NCBI GenBank assembly: GCA_017522445.1
Contig: JAFWZK010000058.1
Location: 2,281 to 66,280 of the forward strand
Direction: 5' to 3'
DNA length: 64,000 bases
Source: Alphaproteobacteria bacterium
GTDB lineage: Bacteria > Pseudomonadota > Alphaproteobacteria > Rs-D84
Each line of letters opens with the position of its first letter. The first letter of the stretch is position 1. This document shows, piece by piece, positions 53,511 to 62,069 of this stretch. Under the pieces are notes generated by a model. That model saw only the letters and a list, made by a program, of their open reading frames with translations. It made no database searches and was not told the DNA's origin. The position numbers and the translations under genes are program-made.

Positions 53511-54487
53511 ATACAGACACAATTCTTAGGTTGCTGGAAAATGCAGGATTCCGTAATTTGTCTGCGGATGCAGAGTTTTTGTATGCCGAAGACCCATCGT
53601 GCATCCTGCGCAGTTTTGAAACGTTTGCCGAGTATGCATGGATTATCATCGCCGTATTCACAGGACTGATGCTGTTCGGATGGAGTATATCTTTGCTGCG
53701 GGGGGCAAAAAATGATATATTTTCAAATCTGACTAATTTAATACTTATTTTCGGAACACTGACAATCAGCAAACCTATTCTGAATTTCATATATGGGGGC
53801 AATCTGTTTGGGCAAGGATGCAAAACTATTCAAATACCACTGGGGGATGTTCATAAACTGCTGGATAAACAAAAATCTGGTTTTGCAAAACAAAATAACG
53901 AACTGTACGAAGATATAACCATTGTTGATTCCGGCCCAATCGGTGACACAAATATCACAGAAACACAGACCGCCAGTGTTGAAATAAATGCCGAAACACG
54001 CGTGAACGAATACCACACAACAAATATGGTTAATGTGGGTGACCTGCCAATCGCAGCCGCAGAATCTGGCAAGGATGTTATATACACTATGCCAAATGGA
54101 CAAAAAATCAGAAAAACAGGCGGATATCGATCCTGGCGTAATAATAACCCAGGTAATATCAGATACAGCGAATTTACACGAAAAGTCGGTGCCATCGGTC
54201 AGGCAGGCGGTTTTGCAGTGTTCCCCAATGAAGATATTGGTATGTATGCAATCAAGGCACTGCTGCGAACAGACAGTTATAATAAATTGACCGTGGCAGG
54301 TGCAATCAGCAGATATGCACCACCGTCGGAAAATAATACGTCTGCATACCACAGAAATATCGAAAAACTGACCGGATTGTCCATCAACAAAAGGATGTCC
54401 GAACTGACCGAAGCCGAACTGGATGCGGTGGCAAATGCAATTAAAAAAATCGAGGGCTGGAAAGTCGGAACCATTACAAAGGCATAA
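53507..54487 (+). CDS. membrane protein with a conserved-looking C-terminal domain (WRNNNPGNIRY motif)
   Basis: Two N-terminal TM segments. The C-terminus reads GGYRSWRNNNPGNIRYSEF...GFAVFPNEDIGMYAIKALL. 4-nt overlap with the upstream gene. Confidence 0.55.
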   Translation: MNTDTILRLLENAGFRNLSADAEFLYAEDPSCILRSFETFAEYAWIIIAVFTGLMLFGWSISLLRGAKNDIFSNLTNLILIFGTLTISKPILNFIYGGNLFGQGCKTIQIPLGDVHKLLDKQKSGFAKQNNELYEDITIVDSGPIGDTNITETQTASVEINAETRVNEYHTTNMVNVGDLPIAAAESGKDVIYTMPNGQKIRKTGGYRSWRNNNPGNIRYSEFTRKVGAIGQAGGFAVFPNEDIGMYAIKALLRTDSYNKLTVAGAISRYAPPSENNTSAYHRNIEKLTGLSINKRMSELTEAELDAVANAIKKIEGWKVGTITKA

Positions 54488-54492
54488 CACAA

Positions 54493-55098
54493 ATGAAGTC
54501 AAAACTGCTGGGCACAATTACAATTATTTTAGTTGCTTTGATTGGAATACTGGGGTGGATGCTGTGGAAAAAACAATCTGACCCAGACATAACAACACAC
54601 GGAACAGAATATATTCAACCCGCACCCACAAATATGCCCGCCATGTTTTCAGACGGACTGGCGCTGCCAGATGTCAGTACAGATGGTAAACTGGATGAAA
54701 CAGGTGCAGGAATTGAAAAAACAGATGTCTTTTATCGCGACCTGAACCAGGATAAGCTGACCGATAAAATTACACGTGTAAAACACGAAAATGGAACCAG
54801 TCATTTTTGGTATGAATACAAAATCGAACTGCAACGCAATAATAATACATGGAATAATGTAACACCAAATGGATTCAGAACAACCGAAGGGGCCGAATGT
54901 GCATTGCAAAAACTGCAATTCATATTTAAACCAAGATTCCAAGTAATCAAAATATCGCGACCATGGAAAGACTCGTGGGATACACCAACCATGGCAACAA
55001 AGACTGTTTGGGAACTGAAAAATAATGTAATCCATCAGACCAAATCAGAACAGGTCGGCCACGTTTGTGATGTAACTGAACTATTTTTCAAAAAATGA
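54493..55098 (+). CDS. bitopic membrane protein, unknown function
   Basis: TM anchor LLGTITIILVALIGILGWMLW. Third gene of the operon. Confidence 0.5.
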   Translation: MKSKLLGTITIILVALIGILGWMLWKKQSDPDITTHGTEYIQPAPTNMPAMFSDGLALPDVSTDGKLDETGAGIEKTDVFYRDLNQDKLTDKITRVKHENGTSHFWYEYKIELQRNNNTWNNVTPNGFRTTEGAECALQKLQFIFKPRFQVIKISRPWKDSWDTPTMATKTVWELKNNVIHQTKSEQVGHVCDVTELFFKK

Positions 55099-55785
55099 TG
55101 ATTTGTTGGCCCATGGCTGGGCCCAATATGAATGTACTATGCCACCAGATGTTACCAATAAATGGTCAACCAAACGTACATGAACCAACCTTAGTAATGA
55201 ATTTAAATCCGCAGTCGCCTGGATGTCCGCAGATGAAAAACTGTTGTTTGACATAGGATGATTGTGAACCAAAATTACACCCGTCGCATTTAATGCCATG
55301 GCACGTTGCAGAATTTCACGCGGGTATACCAAAGACTCGTCAACTGTGCCACGACTGTGTACCTCGTCAGATATCAGTTTGGATTCTGCCCCCAGATATA
55401 AAACATGCATTTCTTCAACACGACAATCAGAAACCAAATCACGGCAATAATTGTTTCTGTACATCTCGTCAGATAAATATGTGCCACTCTTGGCCATCTG
55501 CATGTGTGAAATGTTATTCAAATCATGAAATAACTTTATCAATATCGCCGCACTGCGACCAATTCCCGACACAGACATCAATTCAGAAATCGGGGCATGC
55601 AGAATATTATAAATACTTTCAAACCGTGCCAACAAGGTGCGTGCCAGAACACGAACGTCACGCCGTGGAATCGCATAGGTCAACAGTAATTCTAACTTCT
55701 CGTAATCTGACAGTTTGCCATCCAAGAATTTGTCTTTTAATCGCTCTCTGTGACCAACATGAAATAACGCGTCTGTTTTCGACAT
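55081..55785 (-). CDS. radC: RadC-family JAMM-domain protein
   Basis: LVHNHPMSNNSFSSADIQ (HNHP..S..D JAMM motif) with an HhH-like N-terminus. Start refined to MSKTDALF. Confidence 0.85.
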   Translation of the reverse strand: MSKTDALFHVGHRERLKDKFLDGKLSDYEKLELLLTYAIPRRDVRVLARTLLARFESIYNILHAPISELMSVSGIGRSAAILIKLFHDLNNISHMQMAKSGTYLSDEMYRNNYCRDLVSDCRVEEMHVLYLGAESKLISDEVHSRGTVDESLVYPREILQRAMALNATGVILVHNHPMSNNSFSSADIQATADLNSLLRLVHVRLVDHLLVTSGGIVHSYWAQPWANKSSFFEK

Positions 55786-55790
55786 CAGAA

Positions 55791-56552
55791 CTAGGCCATT
55801 TTTTCCGTGAATATTATCGCACCATCTTCGGTAATACCAATGGTATGTTCCCACTGGGCCGATAAACCACCATCAACAGTACGGGCCGTCCAACCATCTG
55901 CATCTATTTTACATTCGGGGGAACCTGTGTTTATCATCGGCTCTATGGTAAATACCAAACCTGGAACCATTTTTACCCTGTCCCATTGTTTGTCATAAAA
56001 ATGATAAATTTGCGGTTCATCATGCATTACTTTGCCTATGCCATGACCAACAAAATCACGCGATATAGAAAAACCATGTGGCGATACAACCGCTTCGATG
56101 GTTTTGCCAATCTCGGACAGCGGAACACCAGGTGCACACACAGATATCGCCGCATGCAGTGCGTCCTGGCATACCTGGACCAACCTGCGTGCGGTGGGCG
56201 ATACATTGCCAATCATGAACATACGTGATGCATCACCGTGGAAACCTTTGTATTCGGCCGTCAAATCAATGTTTACAATATCGCCGTCTTTTAAAATACA
56301 ATCGTCACTGGGAATACCATGCACAATAACATCATTAACCGATGTACAAATATGCCGGGGATATCCCTGATATCCCAAATCAGATGAACGTGCACCGTTT
56401 TCATGTAAAAACTGGGCCACCATGCGATCTATCTCGCCCGTGGAAATACCCGCATGAATGTGCGGCGATATAAAATCAAAACAACGCGCAACCAGGTCGC
56501 CAACAGTACGTAAACGTTTGAAATCTTTGGGTGCATAGACAGATGCCAACAT
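55791..56552 (-). CDS. map: type I methionine aminopeptidase
   Basis: VIVHGIPS, DIVNIDL, GHGIG and FTIEPM motifs. Confidence 0.93.
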   Translation of the reverse strand: MLASVYAPKDFKRLRTVGDLVARCFDFISPHIHAGISTGEIDRMVAQFLHENGARSSDLGYQGYPRHICTSVNDVIVHGIPSDDCILKDGDIVNIDLTAEYKGFHGDASRMFMIGNVSPTARRLVQVCQDALHAAISVCAPGVPLSEIGKTIEAVVSPHGFSISRDFVGHGIGKVMHDEPQIYHFYDKQWDRVKMVPGLVFTIEPMINTGSPECKIDADGWTARTVDGGLSAQWEHTIGITEDGAIIFTEKMA

Positions 56553-57544
56553 TATTTATTCCTTTTTCTAATCGACAGTTTTGCTGCACGAACCGACAGT
56601 TTCAGTGCAAAATCACGCAATAATATCTCGGCCGGCATGCCAGTCGTACGCAACTGGCGTTCCAATTCGTTCAATCGTATCAAGACAGCCGTGATTTCAG
56701 ATTCTGGCCAGATGCGAATTGCCATTTTAAATTTATCTTCGACCTTCCAAAACAGCTTGGGAACCTGACCGTTAACAACCGCATTCTGTAATTTCTTGAA
56801 GTGCATCACCAACATGCGAACCAGCATGTTAGATTCCTTGTTATCGTATAATAAACGGTCCAGTGCCATCATAGTCTGCGGAACATGACCCGCCGTTAAT
56901 GAATACAAAAAGTCATCTATGTCAGATGCACCGGTATCTGGTAAACACTTTTCAACATCGGACAGCTCTACAATGTGTTTGTCATCAACATACAGTGCAA
57001 TTTTCGCCAAAAAACCACGTGTAATCCCACGATCGCCCCCCAGGTGAGTCGTCATGTATGCCATCGCATCCGGGGTTATCTGATGAATGCCCGCAGCAGC
57101 AGACAATTCGGCACGAATTAAGGCAGCCAATGTTTTCGCGTCATCGGTATAACACGCCAAGGCCGCCATGTTGTCCGCACACTCGAACATAGAACGCAGC
57201 CCACCGCCCGCACGTAATTCAGCAGCCGTAACAATAACGGTCGCACATAATCCAGGATGTTCAACCAATTCTGCAATCGCCTTGGCCCAGGCATCGCCCG
57301 CATTAGACAATACAACCATTTTATGACCACCAAACATAGATGGGGTACAGGCCTCGGCAAAAAGGGCATCCTGTTTTTCGCGCAACTCGTCACAATCCAG
57401 TGCAAACAGGTTATCTTTTTCAATCCCCAGTTTCTTTATCGACAGGTCGCAATACTCGTCAACCTGGCCCGCGTCGGGCCCGTATATTAAAACAGCACGA
57501 ACTTTGTCTATGCCAGATTTAAAATCAGAATCTTTCCACTTCAT
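56552..57544 (-). CDS. holA: DNA polymerase III subunit delta
   Basis: 330 aa, with VLIYGPDAGQV near the N-terminus, in the conserved lptE-holA pairing. Confidence 0.75.
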   Translation of the reverse strand: MKWKDSDFKSGIDKVRAVLIYGPDAGQVDEYCDLSIKKLGIEKDNLFALDCDELREKQDALFAEACTPSMFGGHKMVVLSNAGDAWAKAIAELVEHPGLCATVIVTAAELRAGGGLRSMFECADNMAALACYTDDAKTLAALIRAELSAAAGIHQITPDAMAYMTTHLGGDRGITRGFLAKIALYVDDKHIVELSDVEKCLPDTGASDIDDFLYSLTAGHVPQTMMALDRLLYDNKESNMLVRMLVMHFKKLQNAVVNGQVPKLFWKVEDKFKMAIRIWPESEITAVLIRLNELERQLRTTGMPAEILLRDFALKLSVRAAKLSIRKRNK

Positions 57545-58032
57545 TACTTTTGCGTGTCCATTTCACTGGTATGCGAATGTTTATATGTTTCGGCAATTAC
57601 ACGAGTGCCAATTTGTTCGGCCAATACACGTATCGTATTTTGAACCGCGTTATTGTACGATGCGTTCGATGCAACCAAATAGCGAACAAATGTATAGGAT
57701 TCAGATGCACTGGCCGTGCCAGACGCAATTTCTGTGCCGTTGTACGATAATACATACGTTGCAGTCAATATTATTTCCTGCCACCTGGCATCACCCGTTT
57801 GTTCCAATGCCTTGTACTGGGTAATCGGATTTTTTAGCGATACTTCCAATGTATATGGAACAGTTGATTCATGCTGGCCACCAAAACGGGCCCACAGTGC
57901 ATTTCGCAAATCTATGCCGTTGACACCACTGATTGGGGCAACATAAATATCTGTATCTTGGCCAGAAAACATGGGTTTGAAACCGCATGCCGTTATGAAT
58001 AACAATGATAAACACAGTAAATTTTTTTTCAT
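57544..58032 (-). CDS. lptE: LPS-assembly lipoprotein LptE
   Basis: MKKNLLCLSLLFITACGFKP lipobox, in the position upstream of holA. The tracked ORF's 145-codon N-terminal extension is rejected. Confidence 0.7.
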   Translation of the reverse strand: MKKNLLCLSLLFITACGFKPMFSGQDTDIYVAPISGVNGIDLRNALWARFGGQHESTVPYTLEVSLKNPITQYKALEQTGDARWQEIILTATYVLSYNGTEIASGTASASESYTFVRYLVASNASYNNAVQNTIRVLAEQIGTRVIAETYKHSHTSEMDTQK

Positions 58033-58101
58033 GGACGTATCCGTTTTCCTGTTGCTTTTTTTTGTTATATTACCTAGACTTTTTATAAATCGCAAGGGGG
58101 A

Positions 58102-59349
58102 ATGATGAATATTTTTATCATTATTTTGGTTACATTGTTTATGGCGGGATACTTTATGATGGACAGCCCCAGCCAATATATCAAAAAACACGATACTCAG
58201 TACGCCATAACTCAGGCCGATTTGCGGGCAATCGCACAATGTGCAACCGCAATGCATAACGCACAAATAAACGGTTTCGAATTTAATGATATCTGTACAG
58301 AACAAAATCAAATACGCAGCGACTTTGTTTGTCTGGATAATAATATGAGAATTACCAACTGTGATGCAGGACGAAACAGAAAACCAATGTACAGCTATAT
58401 TGTTACTGCAACAGGTGCACTGGATGAAAATAACTATAATGATATGATGCTGGTGCTGGAAAAACATTTCGCAGACGCTGGAACATTTGGAATGTTCCGA
58501 AATAATGAAATCGTGGCCGGCGGAACATCAACTAAACGCAGGGTGCCAGACGCAATCATAGAAAAAATGGAACTGACAGATAATCAATTGGTATACTTTA
58601 CACAATACGAGATACCATCACCAGGGGAACAGGTGGTTGTTAACGTTCAACCAGATATAGTATGCCCAACAGGAACCGCAAAAACATACAAATTTGGACG
58701 TTGGCAATGCGTTGCATTTAATCCAAAAACCAACTGTGGTGGCGATATGATTTGGGATTCTGATTTGTATGAATGTGTGCCAGATGAATCCAGAAAGCAA
58801 CTGTGCGGAACAAATCAAACCGCAATACTGGTTGACAGTGTTTGGGAATGTGTGGAACCGTTTCCAGATAAACAATGCCCTGTAAATATGGTGGCACGAT
58901 TGAACTATAATACACTGGAATGGGAATGCGTTATCGACCCAACAATGGATAAAAATATCAAGAAATGCAATAACGTAATTCGTGGTGCAATATCTGGAAC
59001 ATTGGGGGCAACACTGCGAATTCCCCAGTCGCCTTGTACAGACTGTGAACGTATGATTGTCGACCCAGAAACATGCAAGACAACATGCCTGCCCGACCCG
59101 GCAAAAATAGATGACGTCAAATGCTATCCAGGGCCAACCGCAGAGTGCAGTGGCCCAACACGTGCGTTCTTTTTCGGTTTTCCAAACGCAGAATATGCGG
59201 AAAATGTTGAATCGATTCGCGGAATGGATATACCACTGGACGGAACACGGGCACAAAACAGACGCTTTAATTGTATGGACTGTGCCGTGTCAGGTCAAAT
59301 AATAGATACAGAAAAATCACGCCCACCTTATGTGGTGGTGTGCAAGTAA
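58102..59349 (+). CDS. membrane-anchored cysteine-rich protein, unknown function
   Basis: TM anchor IFIIILVTLFMAGYFMM. The C-terminal half has repeated W-x-C-V modules (GRWQCVAF, SVWECVEP, LEWECVID) and many further Cys. Confidence 0.55.
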   Translation: MMNIFIIILVTLFMAGYFMMDSPSQYIKKHDTQYAITQADLRAIAQCATAMHNAQINGFEFNDICTEQNQIRSDFVCLDNNMRITNCDAGRNRKPMYSYIVTATGALDENNYNDMMLVLEKHFADAGTFGMFRNNEIVAGGTSTKRRVPDAIIEKMELTDNQLVYFTQYEIPSPGEQVVVNVQPDIVCPTGTAKTYKFGRWQCVAFNPKTNCGGDMIWDSDLYECVPDESRKQLCGTNQTAILVDSVWECVEPFPDKQCPVNMVARLNYNTLEWECVIDPTMDKNIKKCNNVIRGAISGTLGATLRIPQSPCTDCERMIVDPETCKTTCLPDPAKIDDVKCYPGPTAECSGPTRAFFFGFPNAEYAENVESIRGMDIPLDGTRAQNRRFNCMDCAVSGQIIDTEKSRPPYVVVCK

Positions 59350-59374
59350 CCCCCAAAAAAATGGGGGACTTATT

Positions 59375-59938
59375 TTATTTGTGCTGTAATTGTGCCATTT
59401 CGTTGCAGATGGATGTCAGCTGTCCCGCCAATTCGGCATATTCGGCTTCATATTTCAACATGTCGCCGGTATATTGGACCGCAATATCAGAACCACGCTG
59501 GGACGCGTCCACGTTTTCACTGCAGGCAAATATACGCTCGGACAATTTATCCATGCGATCTTCGATATTTTGGCGTGCGTGTTCCAGCTGTGCCATCTTG
59601 GGGGCAGTAATAATTTTATCATAATTTTTGTAAAATTGATTGACATACTGCAATTGTTCCGCGGCAGATTTGCCACGTGCCATTTTCTTTGAAACGCCGG
59701 CTGCCTGTGCCTCGTAATCACACAAGTCGCGTTCTGCATCTAATACAGTTTCACGGTCATAGCGATTGTTCGTTATATAAAAATGCAAATCCGTCATCTG
59801 ACGTTCTATAACCTTGTACTCGTCAGATGCACGTTCGCCAGATTCAACAAAAGCACGCAACTGGGCGGCCGATTTGTCAATAATCGGTTTCAAAGTCTGA
59901 TATACATATTCTAACGTCTGCGTTTTCTTGAACACCAT
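59375..59938 (-). CDS. coiled-coil protein, unknown function
   Basis: 187-aa helical/heptad-like sequence, convergent with the Cys-rich gene across a shared hairpin. Confidence 0.45.
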   Translation of the reverse strand: MVFKKTQTLEYVYQTLKPIIDKSAAQLRAFVESGERASDEYKVIERQMTDLHFYITNNRYDRETVLDAERDLCDYEAQAAGVSKKMARGKSAAEQLQYVNQFYKNYDKIITAPKMAQLEHARQNIEDRMDKLSERIFACSENVDASQRGSDIAVQYTGDMLKYEAEYAELAGQLTSICNEMAQLQHK

Positions 59939-60052
59939 TTGTACCCCCTGTTACCCACTATATCTTATATAGGACAAAATTGTGTAATTGTCAACCATTA
60001 AAAAATAGTGGGGAACAAATGTCCCCACCATAAAAAACATAACCACAATGAA

Positions 60053-61636
60053 CTAGGCACGGGTAAACGCACCATCATCCAACATATCACGAACGGCAAA
60101 GTGTTTAACCTTTTTCGCGGATGTTGATGGCAATTCTTCTTCGGTAATCGCAAAGTGTTTAACCCATTTATACTGGGCAATTTGCATATTAGACTTCTTT
60201 AACAAAAATGCAACGCGTTCAACCGTTGTGCCGGGTTTAACCTGGAATACAGCAAAGGGAACCGTTTTCCCCTTAATCACATATTCAAAAACAGCAGCAT
60301 TCAAGATTTCTTCGTTTTGCAGATATAAATCTTCCAGTTCGTCCGGATAGACATTTTTACCGCTGTCCAGGACAATAACCTGTTTCTGACGGCCCTTGAC
60401 CGTTAAACGACCGTATTTGTCCAGACAACCAATATCACCCGTCTTGAACCAGCCCTGTTCAAACGCCTCGGCGTTGGCGGTGTCGTTGTCCAAATACCCA
60501 GGCATTACCATGTTGCCACGTACCCAAATTTCACCAACACCCTTTTTATCAGGATTATGAATCTGGATTTCGTTACCCAATAATGGTCCCGCATAGTACA
60601 TCGAACCATTGGCACGGCGAAACGCAAAGTTAAAATTCGCAGGACCAGTCGTTTCTGTTAACCCATAACAGTCCCCAACCACAAAACCCATGCTCTCGTA
60701 AAATTTCCGAATAGATGGCTTTAACGTTGCACCCGCAGATATCAAAACCTTGGTATTGCCACCAAAGGCATCGCGGACAGGTTTTGTAACCTTGTCAACC
60801 AGCCACCCCAGACCAATCGCACGCAAAATATGCCGCATCGATACAATTACACGCATCAATGTCCAAACATGCTTTTCACGGGCAGAACCAACTATCTTTT
60901 TATAGAATACTTCCCAAATGCGAGGAACCGCAGGGATAACTTCGGGTTTGTACTGTTTAAAGTCTTTGATAAATTCCTGGGGCTTTAAGACAGGTTGCAA
61001 CAACAATTTGCCCTGCAACGCAACAGGTACAATAATATTAATCACAACACCGTATATATGATACAGCGGCAGAAATCCATAAAATGTATAGCCAGGATGT
61101 ATCACGTCTGCATAAAACTGGGCACCATCACGCAATGATATCAAATTGCCATGCGTCAAACCAACCACCTTGGGGTTGCCGGTTGAACCAGATGTAAATG
61201 ACAATTGGGCAATGTCTTCGCGGTCCGTTTCTGCCATGACAAAATTATTTTCGTCTGTGTCATCAATGCTTTCGATGTCAAACATTTCACATGGTGCGTT
61301 TTCGATAAACAGAGAATGCTGGGCCAGTGCCAGTTTACAATCCGTACGCTTCATCATGTTGATGTGTTCCGTGGTATTCAACCCAGTATCCAACATCAAT
61401 GCACGGGCACCAATGGACGTAATCGCAAAGTATGACCGTACAAAGTCGGGTGTGTTGCCCGATAAAATTGCGACTGTGTCACCCTTTTTAATACCAAAAC
61501 GTTGCGCCAATAAAACAGCACGTTGTTTTACACGTTTTAACAAATCTGCATAGGTTTCGTTCTGGCGCACAAAGAAAATACTGTCTTTGTTACGGGAACA
61601 TACGTCCTGCAGCATTTCATAAATATTCTTTATCAT
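60053..61636 (-). CDS. AMP-dependent synthetase/ligase (long-chain acyl-CoA synthetase-like)
   Basis: SFTSGSTGNPKVVGLTHGN AMP-binding motif, plus YGLTET and GWFKTGDIG. Start refined to MIKNIYEML. Confidence 0.85.
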   Translation of the reverse strand: MIKNIYEMLQDVCSRNKDSIFFVRQNETYADLLKRVKQRAVLLAQRFGIKKGDTVAILSGNTPDFVRSYFAITSIGARALMLDTGLNTTEHINMMKRTDCKLALAQHSLFIENAPCEMFDIESIDDTDENNFVMAETDREDIAQLSFTSGSTGNPKVVGLTHGNLISLRDGAQFYADVIHPGYTFYGFLPLYHIYGVVINIIVPVALQGKLLLQPVLKPQEFIKDFKQYKPEVIPAVPRIWEVFYKKIVGSAREKHVWTLMRVIVSMRHILRAIGLGWLVDKVTKPVRDAFGGNTKVLISAGATLKPSIRKFYESMGFVVGDCYGLTETTGPANFNFAFRRANGSMYYAGPLLGNEIQIHNPDKKGVGEIWVRGNMVMPGYLDNDTANAEAFEQGWFKTGDIGCLDKYGRLTVKGRQKQVIVLDSGKNVYPDELEDLYLQNEEILNAAVFEYVIKGKTVPFAVFQVKPGTTVERVAFLLKKSNMQIAQYKWVKHFAITEEELPSTSAKKVKHFAVRDMLDDGAFTRA

Positions 61637-61799
61637 TATAATAACCTTGTTATTTTGTATTGTCTGTGCCGGTATCACCATAATGCCGACACAGGTAATA
61701 TATCCATTTTGTCCAGGAAAAACAACCTAATAATACAAATCTGTGCCACCAGGAACTAAATCCAACAAATACAAGATATAGTAAAAAATTGTTTTGCCG

Positions 61800-61815
61800 T
61801 CTCTATATTTTGTGT
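61800..61815. promoter_or_regulatory. NrdR-box-like palindrome (distal)
   Basis: TCTCTATATTTTGTGT compared with the recalled NrdR consensus acaCwAtATaTwGtgt. Confidence 0.3.
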
Positions 61816-61996
61816 TTTTGCGAATCTAGCGAATCGCCAAGGGCAACAAAAAATGACTTTTTTTTACACAAAAGAAATATTGGTATCAAGACACCGATTC
61901 TGTTTTTCGTCTGTAATATGCAGAAATTCCCCTTTTTTAAAAGTAAAGCAAAAAATAATTTTTTTTGCGTTTTTCATAGTTGATAGTATTTTTACA

Positions 61997-62012
61997 AAAC
62001 TATATATTGTTA
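61997..62012. promoter_or_regulatory. NrdR-box-like palindrome 1 upstream of nrdD
   Basis: AAACTATATATTGTTA compared with the recalled consensus. Confidence 0.3.
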
Positions 62013-62029
62013 GTAAACAAATAGAACAA

Positions 62030-62045
62030 CCACTATATGTTGTGT
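62030..62045. promoter_or_regulatory. NrdR-box-like palindrome 2 upstream of nrdD
   Basis: CCACTATATGTTGTGT compared with the recalled consensus. It lies 33 bp from box 1 and 25 bp upstream of the nrdD ATG. Confidence 0.35.
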
Positions 62046-62069
62046 TTTTACAAGATTGGAGTAAGAAAA

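Noticed and set aside
52838-54517. 216-aa and 259-aa minus-strand ORFs antisense to the acidic-protein and NNPGN-protein genes
   Set aside because: They mirror low-complexity coding sequence on the other strand (Ser-rich and Cys/Phe-rich respectively). The plus-strand genes have RBSs and coupled junctions.
58032-58467. 145-codon N-terminal extension of the lptE ORF (track start 58467), plus the 212-aa minus ORF 58618-59256
   Set aside because: The extension is Cys/His/Ile-rich and overlaps the divergent Cys-rich gene. A canonical lipoprotein start, MKKNLLCLSLLFITAC, lies at ATG 58032. The 212-aa ORF is antisense to the Cys-rich gene.
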